The notes under the pieces: model-generated
What the model saw: the letters and a program-made list of their open reading frames with translations, nothing else
What the model was told of the DNA's origin: nothing
The model's database searches: none
DNA from: an uncultured Verrucomicrobiota bacterium
Lineage (GTDB): Bacteria > Verrucomicrobiota > Verrucomicrobiia > Limisphaerales > JAEYXS01
NCBI GenBank assembly: GCA_964589735.1
Contig: CAZPUL010000002.1
Span: forward strand, 8,176-72,175
Length of the DNA stretch: 64,000 bases
Direction of reading: 5' to 3'
Shown here: positions 36,078-44,780 of the stretch, piece after piece
Layout: every line of letters starts with the position of its first letter
Numbering within the stretch: the first letter of the stretch is position 1
Program-made: the position numbers and the translations under genes

Positions 36078-37235
36078 ATGCCCATGATTCGTTTCGCTGC
36101 GTTTTTTGGTTTTCTTTTGGTGCTCTCGGCTTCTTTGAACGCGGCGGAGAGCGTGCGGGTGGTGAAGAATCGGCAGGAGTTGTTGGAGGCGGTGCGTTCG
36201 CTTAAGCCGGGGATGACGTTGAAATTGGCGCCGGGGGAGTATGGGTTTGGGTATGCGGTGGAGAAGGCGCGAGGGACGAAGGAGGCGCCGATCGTCATCG
36301 AGGGGGCGAATCCGGCGCAGCCGCCGAAGTTCACGGGTGGGAATCTGGCGATCCATTTTCGCGGGTGCTCGTATCTGACGGTGCGGCATATCGCGGTGTC
36401 GGGACAGAAGGGGAACGGGTTGAACTTCGATGATGGCGGGGAGTCTTCACAGCAGATCACGATCGAGAATGTTTCGGTATCGGACATCGGGCCGACGGGG
36501 AACAATGACGGGATCAAGCTTTCGGGCGTGGATGATTTCACGATCCGGAATTGTCGCATCAACGGTTGGGCGGGGCAGGCGATCGACATGGTGGGGTGTC
36601 ATCGCGGGTTGATCGAGAAGTGTGTGTTCGAGGGGAAGGCGGGTTTTTCGCAGGCGACGGGGCCGCAGACGAAGGGCGGCTCGGAGGATATCACGGTGCG
36701 CGGTTGCACATTCATCAATGCGGGACAGCGGCCGATGCATTTGGGCGGTTCGACGGGGCGGCCTTATTTCCGGCCGAAGGATGCGAAGTATGAAGCGCGG
36801 CGGATCACGGTGGAGGGGAACTTGTTCATCGGCGGGATGGCGCCCATCGTGTTCACGGGCGTGGAGGATGGCGTGGTGCGGTATAACACGATCGTGAATC
36901 CGGAGACGTGGGTGTTCCGCATCTTGCAGGAGAATAACGAGCCGGGGATGGTGCCGTGCTCAAAAGGGGTGTTTGAGAAGAACATCATCGTGTGTGAGAA
37001 GAATCCGGTGCGGGCGTGGATGAACATCGGCGGGAACACGCAGGCGGGCACGTTCAAGTTTGCGGAGAACTGGTGGTATCACAAGGCGTCGTCGCAACCG
37101 GTGAAGCCAGCGTTGCCGTCAGCGGAACAGGGCGGGACGTATGGGGTGGATCCGCAGTTGGAGGCGGGGAATGGGTACAGGCCGAGGGTGGCGGGGGCGA
37201 TGAAGGTGGGTCACACAGCGTGGAAGAAGGATTAA
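36078..37235 (+). CDS. Secreted right-handed parallel beta-helix repeat protein
   Basis: ATG at 36078 with signal 'MPMIRFAAFFGFLLVLSASLNA'. 'NNDGIKLSGVDDFTIRNCRINGWAGQAIDMVG' and 'ITVRGCTF'. Confidence 0.75.
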   Translation: MPMIRFAAFFGFLLVLSASLNAAESVRVVKNRQELLEAVRSLKPGMTLKLAPGEYGFGYAVEKARGTKEAPIVIEGANPAQPPKFTGGNLAIHFRGCSYLTVRHIAVSGQKGNGLNFDDGGESSQQITIENVSVSDIGPTGNNDGIKLSGVDDFTIRNCRINGWAGQAIDMVGCHRGLIEKCVFEGKAGFSQATGPQTKGGSEDITVRGCTFINAGQRPMHLGGSTGRPYFRPKDAKYEARRITVEGNLFIGGMAPIVFTGVEDGVVRYNTIVNPETWVFRILQENNEPGMVPCSKGVFEKNIIVCEKNPVRAWMNIGGNTQAGTFKFAENWWYHKASSQPVKPALPSAEQGGTYGVDPQLEAGNGYRPRVAGAMKVGHTAWKKD

Positions 37236-37305
37236 CCACGGAGGCACGGAGGGCGCGGAGTGGGGTAATATTTAGCCACGGATGGAACACGGATCAAACA
37301 CAGAG
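37234..37305 (+). repeat. Family T repeat, copy 3 (overlaps the TAA stop of the beta-helix gene), with a degenerate extension
   Basis: 'tAACCACGGAGGCACGGAGGGCGCGGAG' followed by 'CCACGGATGGAACACGGATCAAACACAGAG'. Confidence 0.75.
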
Positions 37306-37392
37306 GGGGAAACGAGCTCAACAGTTGCATGGCCGAAGATTTCAAACAGCGAGTCATGAGTCGGGAAACATCGAAGCCGGTCACACATCAGG

Positions 37393-38820
37393 TCAGGGTT
37401 TGGGTGGAAGGTCGGCTGGGTCGATGCGGGGCCAAGGGAGATCGAGATTGCCGTTTGGGAAGCGGAGGACACTGAGGATGGAGGGGTCGCCGCCGTTGTC
37501 TTTGCCGTCGAAGCCGGAGGACCAGAGGGTGAAGGTGGCGTCCGGGTTGAGGCGGTAGCGCATGGGGCGGCCATCCATGGGGTCTTGGGGGAGTTTGGTG
37601 AGATAGTCGGGAATGAGTTGGGTCAAGGTGTCGGGGTAGTGATTAAGTTTGAGGCGGTAGCGTTCGAGGGCGAGGACGGTGATGGCTTGCTGGCGGCGGG
37701 TTTCGGCGTAGGCGAGATCATAGGCGGAAGAGTTGTCTAGACGATAGTGAAACAAGTAGGTCACGCCAAAACGCCGCTTGTTCCACCAAAGCTGGTCTGC
37801 TTCAAAAAACTCGTCGCTAGCTTTATCCAGTTGGGAACAAGCGTTGGCCCAAGCAGGTGAGTTCGCTTGCTCACGAAAAACTTCTAGCTGGAACTGCATC
37901 GGCCTAAGACTGCTTAATGCGTCATTATCTATATCAAAGTTACGCCAATAGATGGTGCGCAGCTCTTTGGAGGCTTGAGGTTGGAAGTATCTGTTGAGAA
38001 AAGCCTGAGGATCTTGGCGGATGCTGGAGAACAAAGCCAGTCTTTGAGCGCGTACAATGATCATGGATTGGACATAATTCGTAACCAATGAAATGGCCGA
38101 CAAACTGGCTTGGATTTCTGCGAGTTGTTGCTCTTCCCAGAAATGCAGGTGCAGGCAGTAGTTGAGGTCTTCCAGCAGCAGTTTAGTGATCTCTATGCGA
38201 GTTGATTGACTGGAAGTGTCCCATTCCTCTCGATGGAGTTGGGCGAGGTTCAGCAAGGTGGTGAGATTGGTAAAGGACAGGGACGGATCGCGGGCGTAAG
38301 CGCTGACAATCAACGCGTGGTGAAGGTGACGTGCGATGCCTCTACGCAATTGTGTGTGGGCAACCTTGTAGTTCTCAATATCCCGGTAGTCGCCGCCTTT
38401 TTCCTTGGGCGGGTCTTTGAGAAGTTGGTGGAGGTACAGGAAATCATTCTGCAAGCTGCTGACTTGGGCAATGGCATTGGTCCAGTTGGGCTGGTTGGTG
38501 ATACCAGTGGGGTCCTCCCATTGGAGGTGTTGGTAGCCTCGTTCGGTGTGTTCGAATTTAAACCAGCCGATCTGAAGGGGGAGGCCGTTGGTAATCTTTT
38601 GCTGCGCGGCCAGCAGAGGGGCGTCGCCATCGGGTTCGTGGCCGGTGCGCTTGGGGGCGATCTTATCGAGGTCGAGGATTTCGCCTTGGGCGATGAGTTG
38701 GGCTTTGTAGCGGTCGAGTTTGGAGGGAGCGAAGTAAGCCCAGCAGAAGAGGGCGAGCAGGATAATGGTAGAAAGCAGGATGAGCCGGCGGCGCTTTTGC
38801 TTTGGGGCGACGGGGCTCAT
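37393..38820 (-). CDS. Membrane-anchored hypothetical protein with pseudopilin-like C-terminal motif
   Basis: N-terminus 'KQKRRRLILLSTIILLALFCWAYF' (TM anchor). C-terminus 'PQDPMDGRPMRYRLNPDATFTLWSSGFDGKDNGGD'. Confidence 0.65.
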   Translation of the reverse strand: MSPVAPKQKRRRLILLSTIILLALFCWAYFAPSKLDRYKAQLIAQGEILDLDKIAPKRTGHEPDGDAPLLAAQQKITNGLPLQIGWFKFEHTERGYQHLQWEDPTGITNQPNWTNAIAQVSSLQNDFLYLHQLLKDPPKEKGGDYRDIENYKVAHTQLRRGIARHLHHALIVSAYARDPSLSFTNLTTLLNLAQLHREEWDTSSQSTRIEITKLLLEDLNYCLHLHFWEEQQLAEIQASLSAISLVTNYVQSMIIVRAQRLALFSSIRQDPQAFLNRYFQPQASKELRTIYWRNFDIDNDALSSLRPMQFQLEVFREQANSPAWANACSQLDKASDEFFEADQLWWNKRRFGVTYLFHYRLDNSSAYDLAYAETRRQQAITVLALERYRLKLNHYPDTLTQLIPDYLTKLPQDPMDGRPMRYRLNPDATFTLWSSGFDGKDNGGDPSILSVLRFPNGNLDLPWPRIDPADLPPKP

Positions 38821-38875
38821 TGTGTTGAGGGAATGTAGAGGGGAAATGATGAAGGACCAACACTTAATGATGACT

Positions 38876-38952
38876 TAAGGGCAACATCGAACATCGAACA
38901 TCGAACTCTGAAAATCGAGAAATAGGAGGTTGGAGCCTCGTTGCCTCGGCTG
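38876..38952. repeat. Repeat family V, copy 1 (AACATCGA x3 tandem + GAGCCTCGTTGCCTCGGCTG)
   Basis: It aligns with 45378..45452. Confidence 0.75.
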
Positions 38953-39135
38953 CTACGTTGTATGCGAGGGGAATTGAACAGGAGATAACGGAGGGAACGG
39001 AGGAGTTTTTTACAGAAGGGCGCGAAGAGACGCGAAGGGGAAACGGATTGATAGCCAATCGACAATAGCCAATAGCCGAGGGGATTTTATCGCAGAGAAC
39101 TCAGAGAGCGCAGAGAGGGGGATTTGAACCGGGAA

Positions 39136-39335
39136 GAACGCCAACCTAACGAAAGGGGGGAGGAGGTGACGCTCCTCAACTGAAGCCGGGGTGAAAATTT
39201 CGCCATGGGGCGCGAATTATTTTTAGGAGATTTTGCCTGTGAGAGGGTGGTTTTGATTTAAGCTGCTCATTTTCAATTGGTTATGCGATTGAAAATAATT
39301 TTGAGAAAAAGGGACCTAGGACAGCGGATGTCCTA
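39136..39335 (+). repeat. ~200-bp AT-rich intergenic element Z, copy 1 (candidate regulatory region or ncRNA)
   Basis: It shares with 48589..48777 the blocks 'GCCGGGGTGAAA.TTT', 'CGCGAATTATTTTTAGGAGA' and 'TAGGACAGCGGATGTCCTA', spaced alike. Confidence 0.75.
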
Positions 39336-39578
39336 CCCCCTTCGGTAAATTATGAATTATGAAGGATGAGTTATGAAGAAAATGGTGAAGCTCAAAGTTC
39401 AAAACTCAAAGTTCAAACAGCGAGTCTTGAGAGATGGGAGTTGGGTTAGTGGCGGAGGTGTCCGCCGGAGGCAAGGAGGCAGGCAAGCCCCGACCTGCTG
39501 GCACGGGGTCCATGCCAGCAGCACATTGGTTTGCTTTCTGGCGGTTGAGGGGCAATTCTAACGGGATAATTTGTGAGC

Positions 39579-42179
39579 ATGATTACGACTGAAGCGGGAA
39601 AGACGAATGGGGCGGGTGGAGCAGCGGCGGCGACGATTCCGGCGATGCCGCCGGGGGTGGAGCTGACGACTTTGCCGAACGGGCTGACGATCATTGTGCG
39701 GGAGGATCACAGCGCGCCGGTGGTGTCTGCTCAAGCATGGGCGAAGACGGGGAGCATCCATGAGGGGCGCTGGATGGGCGCGGGGCTTTCGCATGTGCTG
39801 GAGCATATGCTTTTCAAGGGCACGACATCGCGCACGGGCAGCCGGATCGATCAGGAGGTGCAGGAGGCGGGCGGTTACATGAACGCCTACACGTCGTTTG
39901 ATCGCACGGTGTATTGGATCAATGTGCCGAACACGGGCGGCAAGGTGGCCATCGATATCTTGTGCGATATCATGCAGAACGCGTCGCTGCCGCCGGATGA
40001 CTTGGCGAAGGAACTCGACGTGATCCGGCGCGAGATGGATATGGGGCAGGATGATCCGGGACGGCGGTCGGGTCGCAGACTGTTCGAGACGGCTTACACG
40101 AAGAGTCCGTACCGCTACCCCATCATCGGGTATCTCGACATTTTCAATGAGTTGAAGCCGGAGGATATCCGCGGCTATTACCACGAGCGGTACGCGCCGA
40201 ACAATGTGTTCTACGTGGTCGTCGGTGATGTGAACGCGGCGGAGGTGGTGGAGCAGATCAAGACGGCTTGGGAGAATTCCAAGGCGCGGCCGTTGGCGGA
40301 CTTCGTGTTGCCGGTGGAGCCGCGGCAGATCGCGGAACGCATCATCACGGAAGAGGCGACGGTGGAGCTGGTGCATTCGCACATGAGCTGGCATATCCCG
40401 GACTTGCGGCATGTGGATGTGCCTTTGCTGGATGTGCTGGGCACGGTGCTGGGAGCGGGGCGCAGTTCGCGGTTGTATCGTGAAGTGCGGCAGAAGCAGG
40501 CGGTGGTGAACCATGTGGATGCGTGGACGTATAGTCCGGGTGCGCCGGGGCTCTTCGGCATGAGCATCGTATGCGAGGGCGAGAAGCTGGAGAGGGCGCG
40601 CGCGGCAGTGCTGGAACAGCTTGAGCTGGTGAAGGAAAAGGGGATCACGGAAGCGGAGTTCGCGAAGGCGGTGAAGCAATTCACGGCGGCGACGCTGGCG
40701 ACGCGCAAGACGATGCAAGGACAGGCGCAGGACTTGGGTGGAAACTGGCTGGCGGCGAATGATCTGAATTTTTCAGAGCGTTATCTCGAGGCGGTGCGCA
40801 AGGCGACGCCGGCGGATCTCCAACGCGTGGCGAAGCAGTATCTCACGACGGAAAGCCGTACGATTTACTCGCTGGTGCCTACGGGTTTCGCACCGAAGGC
40901 GAGCAAGGCGGCGCAAGCCATCCAGACGGGTGCGATCCAGAAATTTGAGCTGTCGAACGGGATGAAGCTGCTGGTGAAGGAGGATCATCGGCTGCCGTTC
41001 GTGGAGTTTCGCGCGGTGTTCCAAGGTGGCGTGTTGGCGGAGACGGAGGAGAACAATGGCGTGACGCAATTGCTCGCGCGGATGCTCCTGCAAGGTACGC
41101 AGAAGCGGAACTCGGAGCAGATCGCGGAGGAGATCGAGTCCGTGGGCGGAAGCATTGATGCGTATGGCGGGAACAACAGCTTCGGCATCTCGGTGGAGAC
41201 GTTGAGCAGTGATTTCGATCTGGGCATGGAGGTGATGACGGATGTGATGTTGCATCCGGCTTTCCCGGCGGATGCGCTGGCGCGTGAGCGCGAGATGCAA
41301 CTGGCGGCGATCCGGTCGCGGCGCGACCAGCTCTTGCAGAGCTGCAGTTCGCTGATGCGGCGGACGTTGTTCGGCCCGAGCGGTTATGGCTTTGATGGCA
41401 CGGGCACGGAGGAGAGTGTGGCGCGATTGGATGAGGCGGCGTTGCGGAGCTTTTATCAGAAGGTCATCGCGCCGACGAATTGTGTGCTGGCGATCTATGG
41501 TGATGTGAAGGCCCCGGCGGTGCTGGCTGCGGTGGAGAAGATGCTGGGTGGTTGGAAGGATGCGACCACGGGACATTCGTTGGTGAATGCGCAGCCGAAG
41601 CCAGAGGCGAAGGAGTTGCGACATGTGTTCGAAGCGCGGGATAAGAAGCAGGCGGTGGTGGTGATCGGATTCCCGGGCACGACCTTGCGCGCGGATGACC
41701 GGTATGCGATCGAGCTGCTGGCGGAGGCGTGCAGTGATCTGGGGTCGAGATTGTTCATCCGCATCCGCGATCAACTGGGGCTGGCTTACTATGTAGGCGC
41801 GCAGAGTTTCCCGGGATTGGTGCCGGGCGGGTTCTGGTTCTACGTGGGTACGGCTCCGGAGAAGGTTCAGCTCGTGGAGGAAGAATTGCTGAAGGAAGCG
41901 GCCTTGCTGGTGAAGGACGGGCTGACGCCGGAAGAGCTGAAACGCGCGAAGGCGAAGATCATCGGGCAGAAGAAGATCGGGCGGCAGGAGCTGGGCGGTT
42001 ACGCACAGGCGACGGCGCTGGATGAGCTTTACGGACTGGGCTTCGCAAACAACGAGACGGAAGACCTGCATTACGAGGCGGTCACGGTGGAAGAAGTGAA
42101 GGCGGTGGCGGCGAAGTACTTGCGGCCGGAACAGGCGGTCGTTGCGGTTGTAGGACCGGAAGGGGATATCGCCGGGTGA
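39579..42179 (+). CDS. M16 (pitrilysin/insulinase) family zinc peptidase, fused double-M16 architecture
   Basis: 'GLSHVLEHMLFKGT' (HxxEH) in the first half. The second half repeats the M16 fold without the motif. ATG at 39579. Confidence 0.85.
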   Translation: MITTEAGKTNGAGGAAAATIPAMPPGVELTTLPNGLTIIVREDHSAPVVSAQAWAKTGSIHEGRWMGAGLSHVLEHMLFKGTTSRTGSRIDQEVQEAGGYMNAYTSFDRTVYWINVPNTGGKVAIDILCDIMQNASLPPDDLAKELDVIRREMDMGQDDPGRRSGRRLFETAYTKSPYRYPIIGYLDIFNELKPEDIRGYYHERYAPNNVFYVVVGDVNAAEVVEQIKTAWENSKARPLADFVLPVEPRQIAERIITEEATVELVHSHMSWHIPDLRHVDVPLLDVLGTVLGAGRSSRLYREVRQKQAVVNHVDAWTYSPGAPGLFGMSIVCEGEKLERARAAVLEQLELVKEKGITEAEFAKAVKQFTAATLATRKTMQGQAQDLGGNWLAANDLNFSERYLEAVRKATPADLQRVAKQYLTTESRTIYSLVPTGFAPKASKAAQAIQTGAIQKFELSNGMKLLVKEDHRLPFVEFRAVFQGGVLAETEENNGVTQLLARMLLQGTQKRNSEQIAEEIESVGGSIDAYGGNNSFGISVETLSSDFDLGMEVMTDVMLHPAFPADALAREREMQLAAIRSRRDQLLQSCSSLMRRTLFGPSGYGFDGTGTEESVARLDEAALRSFYQKVIAPTNCVLAIYGDVKAPAVLAAVEKMLGGWKDATTGHSLVNAQPKPEAKELRHVFEARDKKQAVVVIGFPGTTLRADDRYAIELLAEACSDLGSRLFIRIRDQLGLAYYVGAQSFPGLVPGGFWFYVGTAPEKVQLVEEELLKEAALLVKDGLTPEELKRAKAKIIGQKKIGRQELGGYAQATALDELYGLGFANNETEDLHYEAVTVEEVKAVAAKYLRPEQAVVAVVGPEGDIAG

Positions 42180-42235
42180 AAAATGTTTTCCCAAAAAGGG
42201 TCTTGATGCCGTTGGGTTCGTTCTGCTTAATCACG

Positions 42236-42333
42236 CGCGTCAGGGCCCATGGAATGCGGACTTACGAACCCCGCCAGGGCCGGAAGGCAGCAACGGTAGT
42301 TTGCTCTACATCTGCCGTGGTGTCCCTGACACT
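42236..42333 (+). ncRNA. ffs: Signal recognition particle RNA (small/4.5S type)
   Basis: 'CCAGGGCCGGAAGGCAGCAACGG' matches the conserved domain IV (GGAA tetraloop closed by GCC/GGC, with flanking AGCA/GGA loops). The terminal stem GTCAGGG (42239)/CCCTGAC (42330) closes the hairpin. It sits immediately upstream of dnaX, as in many bacteria. The ends are approximate. Confidence 0.8.
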
Positions 42334-42345
42334 TCCCCAAAAGCG

Positions 42346-42410
42346 TGATTCGTTAAAAGGCGTTAAATGGTTAAAACGTTTTAACGATTCAACCGTTTCA
42401 CGATTTAACC
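42346..42410. repeat. Word-repeat family W, copy 3
   Basis: 'TTCGTTAAAAGGCGTTAAATGGTTAAAACGTTTTAACGATTCAACCGTTTCACGATTTAACC'. Confidence 0.7.
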
Positions 42411-42468
42411 TCCCTTGTGAAAAACTTGGGCTCGTAATCCTTTCAGCGTAAACCATACTTTTCCCGTC

Positions 42469-44328
42469 ATGTCATATCAGGTCATAGCCCGGAAGTATCG
42501 TCCGCAAAAGTTTGAGGATGTGGTGGGGCAGGAGCATGTCTCGCAGACGCTGGCGAATGCCATCAAGGCGGGGCGCATCGCGCACGCGTATCTCTTCTGC
42601 GGTCCGCGCGGCACGGGCAAGACGACGATGGCGCGCATCTTCGCGAAGGCGCTGAATTGCACGGGCGGGCCGAAGGCGGATTTCGATGTGGCAGACCCGA
42701 AGTGTGTGGAGATCGCGGATGGGCGTTCGCTGGACGTGATCGAGATCGACGGTGCGAGCAACAACGGCGTGGAACAGGTGCGCGAGCTGCGCGATACGTG
42801 CCGCTTCGCCCCGGCTTCGAGCAAGTTCAAGATCTACATCATCGACGAGGTGCACATGCTCTCGACAGCGGCGTTCAACGCGTTGCTGAAGACGCTGGAA
42901 GAGCCGCCCGCGCATGTGAAGTTCCTTTTCGCCACGACGGACCCGGAGAAGGTTCTCCCGACGATCCTTTCGCGCTGCCAACGCTTTGACCTGCGGCGCA
43001 TACCGGCGAATCTCATCGTGAAACAGCTCGCGTTCATCGCGAAGGAAGAGGGTGTGGAGATCGATGACGGCGCGCTCTTCGCCATCGCGCGCGCGGCGGA
43101 TGGCGGGATGCGGGATGCGGAATCCACGCTGGACCAGCTCATCAGTTTTTGCGGGAACAAGATCGAGGAGGGCGACGTGCTCTCGATGTTCGGGCTCACG
43201 GCGCGGAGCCAGTTGCTGGCGCTCTCACAAGGGGTGCTCGCGGGTGAAGTGGATGGGGCGTTGCGCGAGCTAAATACGCTGGCGAAGAGCGGCAAAGACT
43301 TGGGACGTTTGCTAAGCGATTTGCTGAGCCATATCCGCAACTTGATGATTTTCCAAGTGTCATCGGGCGATCTTTCGTTGCTGGAAGTTTCCGAGGCGGA
43401 GGCGTCGATGCTGAAGGAGCAGTCCGGGCTGGTGAATGTGGACGCGCTCAGCCGCATCCTGGAAGTGCTGACGGATTGCGAGGGGCGGTTGCGCGAGGCG
43501 GTGTCGAAGAAGATTTTGATCGAGGTGGCGTTGCTGCGGGCCATCCAGGCGCGCAATGCGGTGAGCATTGATTCGGTGTTGAAGACCTTGGGGCAATTGC
43601 GCGGCAGTGGTGGTGGTAGCGCACCGGCGGCATCTGCTCCCGCGCCAGCCGTGGAACCGAAGGCGGCTCCGGCGCCGGCTGCGCGTCCGGCATTCACTTC
43701 CTTGAGAGAAGCGGCGGCTACGGTGCTCGCCGCACCGCCAGCGGCAACTCCGGCACCAGCACTGAAAGTGGAAGCGCCGAAACCCGTAGCGGTTCCGGCC
43801 CCGGCGCTCATGCCGATACCGGAAGAGGACAAGCCCGCACCTGTGGCGGCGGCTCCGGCAAAGGACCTTGGTCCGCTTTGGGAGCAGGTGGTGGAGGCGG
43901 TCTCGCGCGTCAGTCCGTTCACGCGGTCGTATCTGCTGGAGGCGCATCCGGTGTCCTTCGCGAACGGCGTGTTCATCATCGGGTATGATCCGGAGTTCTC
44001 GCATCATCTGAGTCTGGTGGACAACTCGAAGAACCACGCGTTGCTCCAGACCAAGTTCAAGGAACTGGGCCAGGGCGAAGTGCGCGTGAAGTTCATCGAA
44101 TCCGTGGAGCCGGAAGGCTGGCAACGGCGCACGGCCACGGTGCTTAATACGCCGGAACCGGCGAAAGCAGCGGCCACGGGCAATGGCGGTGCGGCCGCCG
44201 CGAAGTCCGACGAGAAGAAACCGAAGACCTCGGTGGAGCCGGTGCGGATTGAAGATTTCAAGAACGATCCCTTGATCAAGAAAGCCCTCGAGATCTTTAA
44301 GGGACAGATCGTGGATGTGAGGGCATAA
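42469..44328 (+). CDS. dnaX: DNA polymerase III subunit gamma/tau
   Basis: 'ARKYRPQKFEDVVGQEHV', 'GPRGTGKTT' (Walker A), 'IIDEVHML' and 'SRCQRFDL'. It has an Ala/Pro-rich linker and a C-terminal domain. Confidence 0.95.
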   Translation: MSYQVIARKYRPQKFEDVVGQEHVSQTLANAIKAGRIAHAYLFCGPRGTGKTTMARIFAKALNCTGGPKADFDVADPKCVEIADGRSLDVIEIDGASNNGVEQVRELRDTCRFAPASSKFKIYIIDEVHMLSTAAFNALLKTLEEPPAHVKFLFATTDPEKVLPTILSRCQRFDLRRIPANLIVKQLAFIAKEEGVEIDDGALFAIARAADGGMRDAESTLDQLISFCGNKIEEGDVLSMFGLTARSQLLALSQGVLAGEVDGALRELNTLAKSGKDLGRLLSDLLSHIRNLMIFQVSSGDLSLLEVSEAEASMLKEQSGLVNVDALSRILEVLTDCEGRLREAVSKKILIEVALLRAIQARNAVSIDSVLKTLGQLRGSGGGSAPAASAPAPAVEPKAAPAPAARPAFTSLREAAATVLAAPPAATPAPALKVEAPKPVAVPAPALMPIPEEDKPAPVAAAPAKDLGPLWEQVVEAVSRVSPFTRSYLLEAHPVSFANGVFIIGYDPEFSHHLSLVDNSKNHALLQTKFKELGQGEVRVKFIESVEPEGWQRRTATVLNTPEPAKAAATGNGGAAAAKSDEKKPKTSVEPVRIEDFKNDPLIKKALEIFKGQIVDVRA

Positions 44329-44347
44329 TCATTTAACCCAATTTATT

Positions 44348-44659
44348 ATGTCGAGCATTGGCAAACTCATGAAACAGGCTGCGCGCATGCAGCAGCAGAT
44401 GGAACAAACCCAGGCGGCGCTCGCGGCCCGGACGGTCGAAGCCACGAGTGGTGGCGGTGCCGTGAAGGTGACGGCGCGGTGCGATGGCACGATCGCGGCG
44501 ATCAAGATCGACCCGCAGGCGTGCAATCCGGCGGATGCGCAATTGCTGGAAGACCTCGTGCTGACGGCGGCGAACAATGCACTGAACCAGGCGAAGGAGA
44601 TCTCCAACGCCGAGATGGGGAAGATCACGCAGGGGATGAGCCTGCCGGGGATGTTCTAG
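44348..44659 (+). CDS. ybaB: YbaB/EbfC family nucleoid-associated protein
   Basis: 'GKLMKQAARMQQQMEQ...ATSGGGAVKVTARCDGTIAAIKIDP'. Confidence 0.9.
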   Translation: MSSIGKLMKQAARMQQQMEQTQAALAARTVEATSGGGAVKVTARCDGTIAAIKIDPQACNPADAQLLEDLVLTAANNALNQAKEISNAEMGKITQGMSLPGMF

Positions 44660-44724
44660 AGATCATAGGGCAGAATTGGTCTCATACATTTAGTGAATGC
44701 TGTTTTACTTAGGTAAGATTCCTT

Positions 44725-44772
44725 TCCCCTCACCCCGACCCTCTCCCTTGGGGAGAGGGAGTTAACATTTGC
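44725..44772. repeat. CCCTCTCC/GGAGAGGG hairpin repeat (family P), copy 3
   Basis: 'CTCACCCCGACCCTCTCCC-TTG-GGGAGAGGGAGTTAACATTTGCC'. It shares both flanks with copy 1. Confidence 0.75.
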
Positions 44773-44780
44773 CGCTCCTT

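Noticed and set aside
38883-38906. The tandem AACATCGA x3 and other short tandem or dispersed repeats, considered as a possible CRISPR array.
   Set aside because: The repeats are 7-8 bp with no unique spacers of CRISPR size, there are no cas genes, and the dispersed families are hairpin or word repeats.
39136-39335. Mini-ORFs inside the Z element, on both strands (for example MRLKIILRKRDLGQRMSYPLR, and MAKFSPRLQL versus MVKFHPGVEL).
   Set aside because: Between the two Z copies the reading frames shift or the substitutions are mostly non-synonymous, so conservation is at the DNA level.
39373-39561. A 62-aa ORF in the M16 upstream region.
   Set aside because: It is made of word repeats (KLKVQNSKFKQ) and GC hairpins, and nothing supports it as coding.
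39558-42194. Two long minus-strand ORFs (386 aa and 473 aa) opposite the M16 peptidase.
   Set aside because: They are antisense shadows. The + strand carries the HxxEH zinc motif and a double M16 fold.
42469-44328. Programmed frameshift or slippage site in dnaX (gamma versus tau).
   Set aside because: I saw no A AAA AAG-type heptamer or long A-run in the gene, so it cannot be supported from the sequence.
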